Positions 33,863 through 45,395 of a stretch of DNA of 60,252 bases are shown here, in pieces. The notes below the pieces were generated by a model, which had not been told where the DNA came from, made no database searches, and saw only the letters and a list, made by a program, of their open reading frames with translations. A program made the translations under genes and the position numbers. The DNA lies in contig SBBM01000023.1 of the NCBI GenBank assembly GCA_005239725.1, positions 1 through 60,252 on the forward strand, read 5' to 3'. Position 1 is the stretch's first letter, and every line of letters starts with the position of its first letter. The stretch is from Planctomycetales bacterium (GTDB lineage: Bacteria > Omnitrophota > Gorgyraeia > Gygaellales > Profunditerraquicolaceae).

Positions 33863-35395
33863 TTATTTGGCGACCTTAACTCTTAATTGATATGCCAGCA
33901 TAAGTGAGCTATTAACAAGCCAGTATAAAACCAGACCCGATGGCATAGTGTAGAAAATAAAACCCATCATTACCGGCATAACTATTGACAACATCTTTTG
34001 TTGCTGCAGCCCCTCAGGAGTGGTTACCCCGACCTGGGAAAGTTTTTGCTGCACGAACATTCCAAGCGCCATCAAAACAGGCAAAATATTAATATCTTTA
34101 CCGATAATCGGCAATTGTGCAGAGAGTGTGAAGAAACGGTCGGGTTCGGACAAATCTTTTATCCACAAAAAGTGAGCTCCCTTTAAATTTATAGAGCGTG
34201 ATAAAACCTGGTATAAAGCAACAAATATCGGTATCTGCAAAATAAATGGCAGGCAACCGCTAAAAGGGTTCACTTTATGCTTCTGGTACAATTCCATAAT
34301 TGCCTTTTGTTGTTTTTGAGGATTGTCTTTGTACATCCTTTTTATTTCTTCAATGTGCGGCTGTAATTGCTGCATATGGCGCATAGATTGCATCTGCTTT
34401 AATGTCAAAGGGTAGAGAGCAATATAAATCGTAAAGCTCAAAATTATAATCGCCCAACCCCAGCTACGGATTAAATTATAGAAAAACTCCAGAATTTGCA
34501 CAAGGATATGCGCAACAAGATCAAAAAAACCATAATATATTATCCCGGCCCATTCCGGTTTTATGGCGTTAATTCGCTTTAACTCTTGCGGCCCCAAATA
34601 GATACGGAATTTTTGCACGATCTGTTCTCCCGGGGCTAAAGCTTCTTCTTGTGGCAATAACCCAATTTCTGTCTTCTGAGAATCGGTTTTCTTTGCAAAA
34701 CCAACATACTTTCCGGATACAGGTTCGATAATGGCGCAAAAATACCTGTCGCGTAAACCAAGAAAACGCAAATCAGGAAAGGTAATTTCTTTGGCTGGCC
34801 GCGGGCCTGGGTGGGTTACCTTATCTTCCGATGCAACCACCATATCCTGATAGCGGGACCAAGCCGGATTCGCAGAAAAATCTAAAACACCTAACACTAA
34901 AGGCGATCGCTTCAAGGGAGAGTCTGATAAATTTTTAATTATAATATTTAACTCTATGGTATAATTAGAGTTAGAAAAATCAAACTCCTTAATAATCTCC
35001 TTATCCTTGTCTGCATAATTAAAGCTTATGCTGTTCGCAGATACGTTAGCCCGCTTAAAAAGCAATTTATTCTCCTCCAATAAAAAGCCGTATTCTAGAG
35101 AAAATTTATAGGATTGGTAATTTTTAAATTCAACTTCTTTTATGATTGCCCGCGCCTCATCAAAAACCACCTCAAAATTTTCCTGGGAAAAGTTAAACAA
35201 TGCAGGAGGAGCTGCCTCGGACCTTACTTCCAGGCTAGTTTGCGGCAATGCCGGACCCTTTACAGGGCCGGGTAGAGGGGGAGATATTGACGTAACTTCT
35301 TTATTTTCAAGATGATACATTTTGGAAACAAACCTAGACCAGATTAATAATACAAGCATTGATAATGCAATAGCTAAAATCAAACGCTTTTCCAT
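33863..35395 (-). CDS. yidC: Membrane protein insertase YidC
   Basis: 510 aa with N-terminal anchor and periplasmic domain. NPFSGCLPFILQIPIFVALY, MPSGLVLYW. Confidence 0.95.
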   Translation of the reverse strand: MEKRLILAIALSMLVLLIWSRFVSKMYHLENKEVTSISPPLPGPVKGPALPQTSLEVRSEAAPPALFNFSQENFEVVFDEARAIIKEVEFKNYQSYKFSLEYGFLLEENKLLFKRANVSANSISFNYADKDKEIIKEFDFSNSNYTIELNIIIKNLSDSPLKRSPLVLGVLDFSANPAWSRYQDMVVASEDKVTHPGPRPAKEITFPDLRFLGLRDRYFCAIIEPVSGKYVGFAKKTDSQKTEIGLLPQEEALAPGEQIVQKFRIYLGPQELKRINAIKPEWAGIIYYGFFDLVAHILVQILEFFYNLIRSWGWAIIILSFTIYIALYPLTLKQMQSMRHMQQLQPHIEEIKRMYKDNPQKQQKAIMELYQKHKVNPFSGCLPFILQIPIFVALYQVLSRSINLKGAHFLWIKDLSEPDRFFTLSAQLPIIGKDINILPVLMALGMFVQQKLSQVGVTTPEGLQQQKMLSIVMPVMMGFIFYTMPSGLVLYWLVNSSLMLAYQLRVKVAK

Positions 35396-35466
35396 ATTTT
35401 CCTTTCTTTACCCGATTAAAAAATCCTCGCCACCTTGTTACATGTACGTAACCGGCTTGCGAGGCG

Positions 35467-35682
35467 TTATATTAACGGATCATAACCGCTTTTACCTGAA
35501 AATGGATGGCACCTGAGCAACCGCTTAAGGCCCTTGAAGCCTCCTCTTATAAAGCCGTATTTTGTAATCGCCTGTTTTGCGTAGTCGGAGCACGAGGGCC
35601 AAAAACAGCAAAGCGCAGGCAGCATTATTCTTATATGGCCCTGATAAAAATTCAAGAGGCTAATGGATATTTTTTGCAACAT
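35467..35682 (-). CDS. yidD: Membrane protein insertion efficiency factor YidD
   Basis: LLNFYQGHI, CCFWPSCSDYAKQAI, RLLRCHPF..G.DP. The ATG at 35682 overlaps the rpmH stop (TGATG). Confidence 0.85.
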   Translation of the reverse strand: MLQKISISLLNFYQGHIRIMLPALCCFWPSCSDYAKQAITKYGFIRGGFKGLKRLLRCHPFSGKSGYDPLI

Positions 35683-35819
35683 CAGAGGCAAATACGCTTT
35701 CTTCCTTTTTGCCGTCGACGGGATAGGACCTTCCTGCCTGTTTTTGTAGCCATCCTGCTGCGGAAACCGTGCTGCCTTTTCGCCACAATCTTCGTGGGTG
35801 TCTTGAGATTCTTTTTCAT
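35682..35819 (-). CDS. rpmH: 50S ribosomal protein L34 (45 aa, below the ORF-track cutoff)
   Basis: Translated by hand: [51 protein letters not shown] upstream. Confidence 0.9.
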   Translation of the reverse strand: MKKNLKTPTKIVAKRQHGFRSRMATKTGRKVLSRRRQKGRKRICL

Positions 35820-35968
35820 TTTGGGCTTATTCTCCCCGCTTGATAATTTTAAGAGTTAAATTATAACACAAAAGCCATTCAAGTCAATGGGTGAATAGCA
35901 ATTTTTGCAAGTTGAAGAATTTTACCACAGAAGAAAACAAGGGTCAAGACATATAAGTTTATTTTTTA

Positions 35969-35996
35969 TTGACTGGCAAAAAAATTATTGTATAAT
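35969..35996 (+). promoter_or_regulatory. Near-consensus sigma-70 promoter for dnaA (TTGACT-N16-TATAAT)
   Basis: TTGACT at 35969-35974, TATAAT at 35991-35996, preceded by TG. Confidence 0.6.
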
Positions 35997-36004
35997 ACTT
36001 TCAA

Positions 36005-36045
36005 TTTCCACAGATTTATACAATCTGTGGATAAGCTGTGGATAG
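36005..36045. promoter_or_regulatory. DnaA box cluster
   Basis: TGTGGATAA (perfect) at 36026-36034, TGTGGATAG at 36037-36045, inverted TTTCCACAG at 36005-36013. CCACAGAT/ATCTGTGG forms an 8-bp inverted repeat. Confidence 0.7.
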
Positions 36046-36052
36046 TTCAATT

Positions 36053-37390
36053 ATGGCAAATACCCAGAAAGCCTGGCAGGACGCAGGCCATTATTTAAAA
36101 GAGAGGCTGGGAGAAACCGTATTCCAGACCTGGATTTCGCCCTTAAAGGTAAGGCGCGCCGATGAACAGGGCTTTATTATCGAGGCCCCGGATAATTTTT
36201 TCCGGGACTGGGTAGAAAAAAACTACATTTTGATTATCCGTGAAGCGCTCCGGCAAATAACCCGGTCGGACACCCTGGTAACGATTGTCGTCGGCGCAAA
36301 AAGCGGCAAAGAACCGGCTACAGGGGTAACTGCCGAAACAGCAAAATCAAGGCTCAAAGAACTGCCGGGCGCAGGCCTTTTAAATCCCCGCTACACTTTT
36401 GAGAATTTTGTCGTCGGCCCTTCCAACCGCCACGCCCATGCTTATTCTCTGGCAGTAGCGGAGTCTCCTGCCAGGGCCTATAACCCTCTGTTTATTTATG
36501 GCGGGGTGGGCCTGGGGAAGACCCATCTTATGCAGGCAATATGCCATTATATTAATAGCAGTAGGGGCAACCTGAAAATCTGCTACATGTCTTCGGAGCG
36601 CTTTACCAATGAGTTAATAGATGCTATACAGCACCATTCAACCCAGGCATTCCGCCAGAAGTACCGTAACACCGATGTCTTGGTTATTGACGACATACAT
36701 TTTATCGCCGGTAAGGAATCCACACAGGAGGAGTTTTTTCATACCTTTAATACCCTTTATGACGCCCACAAGCAGATTATAATCTCTTCGGATAGGTCGC
36801 CGAAAGAAATAGCCAACCTTCAGGAGAGGCTTGTTTCGCGCTTTGGCTGGGGTTTAACCACGGATATCCAGCCCCCGGATTTAGAGACGCGCGTAGCCAT
36901 ATTGAAGAAAAAACTGGAGAGGGAGCCCGTATCCGTGCCCGACGAAGTAATCTTTTTTATCGCTCAACTTATCAAGACCAATATCCGGGAATTGGAGGGG
37001 GCGCTTATACGGATTATTGCGCATTCGCTATTAGAAGAAAAGGTCATAACTTTAGAGGTGGCCAAAGAAGTCCTTAAAGATTTATTAAGAGAGCCTAAAA
37101 AATTAATCACGGTTGATTTCATCCAACGTTGCGTTGCGGAAGAAATGGGGGTGTCATTGCAGGACTTAAAAACCCGGCGCAGGAATAAGAATATTGTATT
37201 GCCCCGTCAGATAGCTATGTATTTAAGCCGGGAATTGACTGATTTGTCTCTACCTGAAATAGGGGGTTTCTTTGGGGGCAAGGATCACACAACAGTATTG
37301 CATTCATATAATAAAATTAAGGAGGGGGTAGTTAAGGATGGGGGGTTAAAAGAAAGAATTAACAGAATTACACAAGTTATTCAACAATAA
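36053..37390 (+). CDS. dnaA: Chromosomal replication initiator protein DnaA
   Basis: NPLFIYGGVGLGKTHLMQAI, VLVIDDIHF, C-terminal HTH GGKDHTTVLHS. Alternative GTG start at 36038. Confidence 0.95.
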   Translation: MANTQKAWQDAGHYLKERLGETVFQTWISPLKVRRADEQGFIIEAPDNFFRDWVEKNYILIIREALRQITRSDTLVTIVVGAKSGKEPATGVTAETAKSRLKELPGAGLLNPRYTFENFVVGPSNRHAHAYSLAVAESPARAYNPLFIYGGVGLGKTHLMQAICHYINSSRGNLKICYMSSERFTNELIDAIQHHSTQAFRQKYRNTDVLVIDDIHFIAGKESTQEEFFHTFNTLYDAHKQIIISSDRSPKEIANLQERLVSRFGWGLTTDIQPPDLETRVAILKKKLEREPVSVPDEVIFFIAQLIKTNIRELEGALIRIIAHSLLEEKVITLEVAKEVLKDLLREPKKLITVDFIQRCVAEEMGVSLQDLKTRRRNKNIVLPRQIAMYLSRELTDLSLPEIGGFFGGKDHTTVLHSYNKIKEGVVKDGGLKERINRITQVIQQ

Positions 37391-37523
37391 ATCAAGGGTT
37401 ATTTTCAAAATAAAATTTACATAACATATTTAAAATAATAAGGGTTGTTGGGTTTTAATAAAAGGAGTGGATACTTACTACGACAAATATTATATAAATA
37501 TATCAATTAAGAATAATAGACAC

Positions 37524-38661
37524 TGTTAACTTAAAATGAAAATATTGATAACCACCTATCTGGTAATATAGCCTTGAATCCCACTACTTCAGCAGGTGAC
37601 TGAAGCCCAAGCGATGAATGCGGCCTGAAGTAGTTGTAGTATATAAAATAAATTGTCAAAAAGCAACAAGTAGAATAAAAGGACTTAAAGCCTCTTGCTC
37701 TTTTATAACGTGCCTTTAAGGTACCAAAGAAGCGTTCAATACGGTTATTGGATAATTTATCAGCGAACTTGTCAACCAGAATGAATTTCTTTGCAAGTTT
37801 TGGCTTGATTGTTTTCTTTAGTTCCTGATAAATGCCGTGCCGGTCAGAGACAAGCCGGTTAGGCTTAAAACCTGCGCGTTTAATTGCTAGGTTGATAACC
37901 TTTATTGCCGCATCAGTGGAACGCGTCTTTGATAAATACCAGGCAATAACAAAACGGCTCTTACGGTCTAGGACCGCGAATATCCAGTGTTTCTTGCCGG
38001 ATATTTTGATAACCGTTTCATCAATATGCCAGGTCTTAGACAGCTGTAATTTAACGTCCTCGACGTGTTGGCCAAAAAGAGCGGCGAATTTCTTGCACCA
38101 CTGATACACGGTAACATTGGATACCTTAATGCCGAATTCAAAATAGAAGTTCTTTGATATATCCCTGGAAGATAAGCCAAATTCATAACAGAGCCTGATT
38201 GCCTTAAGGATAATCTCTTTGGAATAACGCATCCTTTGGAAATTGGTCTTGCCAAAGGATAGCTTAGAGATATAATCCAGGACTTCTTCCGGGATTGTGT
38301 AGACATTAAATTTATAGTTGCAGCTTTTACAGCGTAATCTTTTAAAGTGCTTTCGCCATTTGTAGATATCAAGCCCTTTAGCACATTTAGGGCACTTAGG
38401 CAGCCAGGGATGTTTAATTTGCTCTTTGCCATAACCATCACCGATTCTGAATTGGCGTTTGCATTTTAAGCACTGATATTTTTGTTTACCGGTTACCGGA
38501 TCTTTACCGAATTTATACAGTTCTTTTGAGTTGCACCTGGGACATTTTAACATGGCTAAAGCCTCCTCTCTGGTAGCCCTCTTTAGGGGAGGGCGGGTTA
38601 ATTTTCTCTAAGCTATTTTACCAGAAGAGGTTTTAGCCAGTATAATCATATTAAGTTAACA
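37524..38661 (-). mobile_element. IS6-family-like insertion sequence (single zinc-finger + DDE transposase) between dnaA and dnaN
   Basis: Terminal inverted repeats TGTTAACTTAAAATG (37524-37538) and CATATTAAGTTAACA (38647-38661) match 14/15. No obvious target duplication, so exact ends are tentative. Confidence 0.6.
37531..38553 (-). CDS. IS6-like DDE transposase with N-terminal zinc fingers
   Basis: CPRCNS..GKQKYQCLKCKRQF and CPKC..CKSC fingers. WHIDETVIKISGKKHW (D), LVSDRHGIY (D), SNNRIERFFGTLKAR (E). Confidence 0.8.
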   Translation of the reverse strand: MLKCPRCNSKELYKFGKDPVTGKQKYQCLKCKRQFRIGDGYGKEQIKHPWLPKCPKCAKGLDIYKWRKHFKRLRCKSCNYKFNVYTIPEEVLDYISKLSFGKTNFQRMRYSKEIILKAIRLCYEFGLSSRDISKNFYFEFGIKVSNVTVYQWCKKFAALFGQHVEDVKLQLSKTWHIDETVIKISGKKHWIFAVLDRKSRFVIAWYLSKTRSTDAAIKVINLAIKRAGFKPNRLVSDRHGIYQELKKTIKPKLAKKFILVDKFADKLSNNRIERFFGTLKARYKRARGFKSFYSTCCFLTIYFIYYNYFRPHSSLGLQSPAEVVGFKAILPDRWLSIFSF

Positions 38662-38686
38662 AAAACGAATAATAAGAGGAGGTAAT

Positions 38687-39781
38687 ATGAAATTTAAAGT
38701 GAATAAAGAAATTTTATCCAATGGTTTAGATATTATACAAAATATAATCAGCGCAAAAGCAACGCTACCAATATTATCCAATCTTTTAATCGAAACCCAT
38801 AAAGACAAATTAAAATTAACCGCGACAGATTTAAATATAGGTATAAGCTGTGTAATCCCTGTGGATATCCAGGAACAAGGGGCGATAACCATTCCCGCAA
38901 AAAGATTTATCAATATTGTAAAGGAATTACCTGATAATAAAGAGGTGGATGTGGCGAGTAAAAAAAATAACACAGTAACCATAGAAACAAAACTATGCCA
39001 ATTTAAAATAATGGGTTTGCCTTCGGAAGAATTTCCCAAACTACCCGATTTTAAAGATAAAGAAGTGATAAGACTGGAGCAGGGGCTTTTAAAACAGATG
39101 TTGGGCCTTACCTCTTTTGCTGTTTCTTTCGACGAAACAAAGTATATTTTAAACGGCATGCTTTTTAAAATAAATAAAAATACCCTTACCCTCGTAGCCA
39201 CGGATGCCAAAAGGCTGGCAGTCATAGAAAAAAAACTTGAGGGAGGCAGTATAAAAGATATACATGTCATTATACCCCTTAAGACAATCCAGGAATTAAC
39301 CCGTAATTTAAGGAACGAAGGGGATTTATCCTTGATAATCGGCGGGAACCAGGCCCTCTTTGATTTCGGGGACGTGGTTATTATTTCCCGCTTAATTGAA
39401 GGCGAATTCCCGGATTACCAGCGGGTAATACCGCCGGTCTCGGAACAAAAAATAAAGATAAAGCGGGAAGAGTTCCTGCTTGCCGTAAAAAGGGCGGCGC
39501 TGCTTTCCACCCCGGACTATCAGGCGGTAAAACTGGAAGTTTTTAAAAATAAACTCGTGGTTTCCAAATCCACGCCGGATGTCGGGGAGTCTCGCGAGGA
39601 GGTTGGGATAAGTTATGCCGGCAGGGAGCTGGTTATAGGCTTCAATCCAAATTATCTGGCCGACGCCCTAAAAACCCTTCCCGGAGAAGAGGTAGAGTTC
39701 GAGGTGACCGGCACCGAAAAGCCCGGGGTCATCCGGCAGAATGGATATGTCTACATGGTGTTACCCATGCGCCTGGGTTAA
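38687..39781 (+). CDS. dnaN: DNA polymerase III beta sliding clamp
   Basis: AGGAGG SD. ATLPILSNLLIE, TATDLNIG, SRLIEGEFPDYQRVIP. Confidence 0.95.
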   Translation: MKFKVNKEILSNGLDIIQNIISAKATLPILSNLLIETHKDKLKLTATDLNIGISCVIPVDIQEQGAITIPAKRFINIVKELPDNKEVDVASKKNNTVTIETKLCQFKIMGLPSEEFPKLPDFKDKEVIRLEQGLLKQMLGLTSFAVSFDETKYILNGMLFKINKNTLTLVATDAKRLAVIEKKLEGGSIKDIHVIIPLKTIQELTRNLRNEGDLSLIIGGNQALFDFGDVVIISRLIEGEFPDYQRVIPPVSEQKIKIKREEFLLAVKRAALLSTPDYQAVKLEVFKNKLVVSKSTPDVGESREEVGISYAGRELVIGFNPNYLADALKTLPGEEVEFEVTGTEKPGVIRQNGYVYMVLPMRLG

Positions 39782-39784
39782 GTT

Positions 39785-42474
<2,690 letters not shown>

Positions 42475-42475
42475 A

Positions 42476-44905
42476 ATGTACACCAGAAACGAAAAGATAA
42501 TTCCGGTTTATATTGAAGAGGAAGTAAAGGACGCCTATTTAAATTACGCCATGAGCGTAATTGTCGGCCGCGCGCTTCCCGATGTGCGCGACGGATTAAA
42601 GCCGGTGCACCGCAGGATTCTTTACGCCATGCACGAACTCAACCTGGAGCACAATAAGCCTTATAAAAAATGCGCGCGTATCGTAGGCGAGACGCTTGGG
42701 AAATTCCACCCGCACGGAGACATGGCGGTTTACGATACCCTGGTAAGGATGGCCCAGGATTTTTCTTTGCGCTATGCCCTTGTAGACGGACAGGGCAACT
42801 TTGGTTCAGTCGACGGGGATGCCGCAGCAGCTATGCGTTATACTGAAGCCCGGCTAGCCGAAATCGCGGGAGCCATGCTCCAGGATATTGAAAAGGAAAC
42901 AGTTGATTTTGGGCCGAACTTTGACGCCTCGTTAAAAGAACCGCTTTTATTGCCTGCGGTTTTACCCAACCTCTTAGTTAACGGCTCAAGCGGTATTGCC
43001 GTAGGCATGGCTACCAATATCCCGCCGCACAATTTAAATGAGATAGCCGATGCTATAATTTACCTTTTAGACCATCCTGAGGCCGAAGCCAAAGACCTGA
43101 TGCGTTATGTAAAGGGCCCGGATTTCCCGACCGGAGGAGTTATCTGCGGCAAGGCAGGAATTAAAGACGCTTATGCTACCGGCAGGGGTAAGCTTACCGT
43201 GCGGGGAAAGGCAACGATTGAGCACCAGAAAAACGGCAAGGACCTGATTGTTGTAACTGAAATTCCCTACCAGGTGCAGAAGGCTGGCCTCATAGAGGCA
43301 ATCGCGGATTTGGTGGATGAGAAAAAGATAGAGGGGATTTCCGATATCCGCGACGAGTCCGATAAAGACGGCATGCGTATTGTCGTTGAGCTTAAACGCG
43401 ATAGCGAGCCGCAGATTATTTTAAACCAGCTTTTTAAACATACGCAGCTTGAGACTACCTTCGGGATTATCATGCTTGCCCTGGTAGAAAACCGGCCCCG
43501 GGTTTTGAATTTACGCCAGATGCTCGACTGCTATGTTAACCACCGTAAAACCGTTATCCGCAGGCGCACGCAGTTTGAGTTAGATAGGGCTTTAAAGAGG
43601 GCGCATATTTTAGAGGGTTTAAAAATTGCCCTGAAATTTATTGACCGCATTATCAAGTTTATCAAGACCTCTAAAAATGTTGAAGCGGCTAAAGCAGGGA
43701 TGATGAAGGAGTTCGAGCTCTCTGAAATTCAGTCGCAGGCAATATTAGAGATGCAGTTGCAGCGCCTGACCGCGCTTGAGCGCGATAAGATTGACGCCGA
43801 ATACGCAGAACTCCTCAAGAAAATCGAACTCTGCAAGGCTATACTCGCCTGCGAGAAAAAGGTGGGGGGAATTATCAAAGAGGAACTGGAAGAATTAAAG
43901 AAAAAATACGGCGATGAGCGCAGGACCGATGTTGTCGGCGAAGTGGAAGAATTGGAAGTGGAGGATTTAATCGCCGAGGAAGACGTGGTAGTTACTATCA
44001 GCCACGGCGGATACATTAAGCGTCTCCCGGTCTCCGCCTACCGTAAACAGAGGCGCGGCGGCAGAGGGGTTACAGGCGCGGAAGTAAAGGAAGAGGATTT
44101 TATTGAGCACCTTTTTGTGGCCTCCACAAAGGATTATCTTTTGGTATTTACCGATAAGGGCCAGGCGTATTGGATTAAGGTCTATGAAATCCCCCAGGCA
44201 AGTCGTATTTCAAAAGGCAAGGCAATCGTGAACCTGCTGCAATTAAAGCCAGAAGAGAAAATCAGTTCAACTATCCCGGTAAGGGAGTTCTCCCCGGATA
44301 AATACCTGGTAATGGTAACAAAAACCGGGCAGATTAAAAAGACTAAGCTGGATGCCTACTCAAACCCGCGCAAAGGGGGGATTATCGGTATTACCCTGGA
44401 TAAAGACGATGAGCTCATCGGAGTTGAACTTACCGAAGGGAAACAAGAATTGCTCATCGGCACAAAGCAGGGTAAGGCCATACGTTTCCCCGAGTCTCAA
44501 GTACGCGACATGGGAAGAGGCGCGCGCGGGGTGAGGGGTATTTCATTAGCCAAGAAAGACGCGGTAATTGCCATGGTTATCGCCCGGAAAGAAGCTACCA
44601 TTTTAACGGTTACCGAATTAGGTTTTGCCAAGCGCACCCCGTTTAAAGAATACCGCTTGACCCGCAGGGGCGGCAAGGGTATTATTAACATAAGGGTAAC
44701 GGATAAAAACGGCGACGCAGTCAGCTTAAAAACCGTTAATGATAAAGATGAGTTAATGGTTATTACGGAAAACGGTATGTTCTTGCGTTGCGCTATAAAA
44801 GATATACGCACAACCGGCCGCTCGGCCCAGGGGGTACGTTTAATAAAGCTCCAGGACAAGGACCGCGTTTCCTGCGTTGCCCCGGTAATTACGGAAGAAG
44901 AATAA
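42476..44905 (+). CDS. gyrA: DNA gyrase subunit A
   Basis: [35 protein letters not shown] (catalytic Tyr), C-terminal beta-pinwheel repeats. Confidence 0.97.
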   Translation: MYTRNEKIIPVYIEEEVKDAYLNYAMSVIVGRALPDVRDGLKPVHRRILYAMHELNLEHNKPYKKCARIVGETLGKFHPHGDMAVYDTLVRMAQDFSLRYALVDGQGNFGSVDGDAAAAMRYTEARLAEIAGAMLQDIEKETVDFGPNFDASLKEPLLLPAVLPNLLVNGSSGIAVGMATNIPPHNLNEIADAIIYLLDHPEAEAKDLMRYVKGPDFPTGGVICGKAGIKDAYATGRGKLTVRGKATIEHQKNGKDLIVVTEIPYQVQKAGLIEAIADLVDEKKIEGISDIRDESDKDGMRIVVELKRDSEPQIILNQLFKHTQLETTFGIIMLALVENRPRVLNLRQMLDCYVNHRKTVIRRRTQFELDRALKRAHILEGLKIALKFIDRIIKFIKTSKNVEAAKAGMMKEFELSEIQSQAILEMQLQRLTALERDKIDAEYAELLKKIELCKAILACEKKVGGIIKEELEELKKKYGDERRTDVVGEVEELEVEDLIAEEDVVVTISHGGYIKRLPVSAYRKQRRGGRGVTGAEVKEEDFIEHLFVASTKDYLLVFTDKGQAYWIKVYEIPQASRISKGKAIVNLLQLKPEEKISSTIPVREFSPDKYLVMVTKTGQIKKTKLDAYSNPRKGGIIGITLDKDDELIGVELTEGKQELLIGTKQGKAIRFPESQVRDMGRGARGVRGISLAKKDAVIAMVIARKEATILTVTELGFAKRTPFKEYRLTRRGGKGIINIRVTDKNGDAVSLKTVNDKDELMVITENGMFLRCAIKDIRTTGRSAQGVRLIKLQDKDRVSCVAPVITEEE

Positions 44906-44908
44906 TCT

Positions 44909-45020
44909 GTCCCCATCGTCTAGCCTGGCCCAGGACAAGAGCTTTTTCCCGCCAGGCTATGGGATAGCAGGCGGGATCCCGCCCTGATGCGTAAAGGGGT
45001 CGGGCGGGACAAGCTCTCGA
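44909..45020 (+). pseudogene. tRNA-Glu(UUC) 5' fragment (positions 1 to ~46), interrupted in the anticodon by a 63-nt palindromic element
   Basis: 44909-44946 is identical to 45268-45305, and 45010-45020 is identical to 45306-45316. No T arm or 3' acceptor strand. Confidence 0.85.
44947..45009 (+). repeat. Double-hairpin palindromic element, archetype copy (63 nt)
   Basis: TCCCGCC-AGGCTATGGGATAGCA-GGCGGGA | TCCCGCC-CTGATGCGTAAAGGGGTCG-GGCGGGA. Confidence 0.9.
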
Positions 45021-45024
45021 TCGC

Positions 45025-45267
45025 ATGTATTGTGTGTATGTTCTAGAGAATGCAAAAGGCAAACATTATATCGGTAGTTGTGAAAATTTAGACCTGAGAT
45101 TAAAACGGCATAATCAAAACAGCGTCAGGTCAACAAAGAATAAGGGGCCTTTTAAAATAATCTATAAAGAGGAATTTTGCACGGTAACGCAAGCGCGTAG
45201 GCGCGAGAACGAACTAAAAAGCTATAAAGGCAACGCCAAATTTCAGAAAACAATAGATAGAATGTAA
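45025..45267 (+). CDS. Stand-alone GIY-YIG nuclease-domain protein (80 aa)
   Basis: YCVYVLENAKGKHYIGSCENLDLRLKRHN (GIY...YIG), ARRRENELK. Its stop codon abuts tRNA-Glu position 1. Confidence 0.8.
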   Translation: MYCVYVLENAKGKHYIGSCENLDLRLKRHNQNSVRSTKNKGPFKIIYKEEFCTVTQARRRENELKSYKGNAKFQKTIDRM

Positions 45268-45342
45268 GTCCCCATCGTCTAGCCTGGCCCAGGACAAGAG
45301 CTTTTCAAGCTCTCGACACCGGTTCAAATCCGGTTGGGGACG
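45268..45342 (+). tRNA. tRNA-Glu (anticodon UUC)
   Basis: Acceptor GTCCCCA/TGGGGAC, anticodon arm AGAGC-TTTTCAA-GCTCT, T arm ACCGG-TTCAAAT-CCGGT. Confidence 0.9.
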
Positions 45343-45395
45343 TTTAATTTCTCCACCCGCAGCGGAGTTCGCTAAACAAGAGCTTAAGGTGCTCA

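Noticed and set aside
38656-39270. 204-aa minus-strand ORF
   Set aside because: Antisense shadow of dnaN, whose identity is unambiguous.
44909-45342. Intron-containing tRNA-Glu (group I intron with a GIY-YIG homing endonuclease)
   Set aside because: The downstream copy is a complete, uninterrupted tRNA including its own 5' half. The upstream fragment lacks a 3' half. The non-coding part is far too short for a group I ribozyme core.
45343-45395. glmS ribozyme upstream of glmS
   Set aside because: Only 53 nt separate tRNA-Glu and the glmS start, which is too short for the ~170-nt ribozyme.
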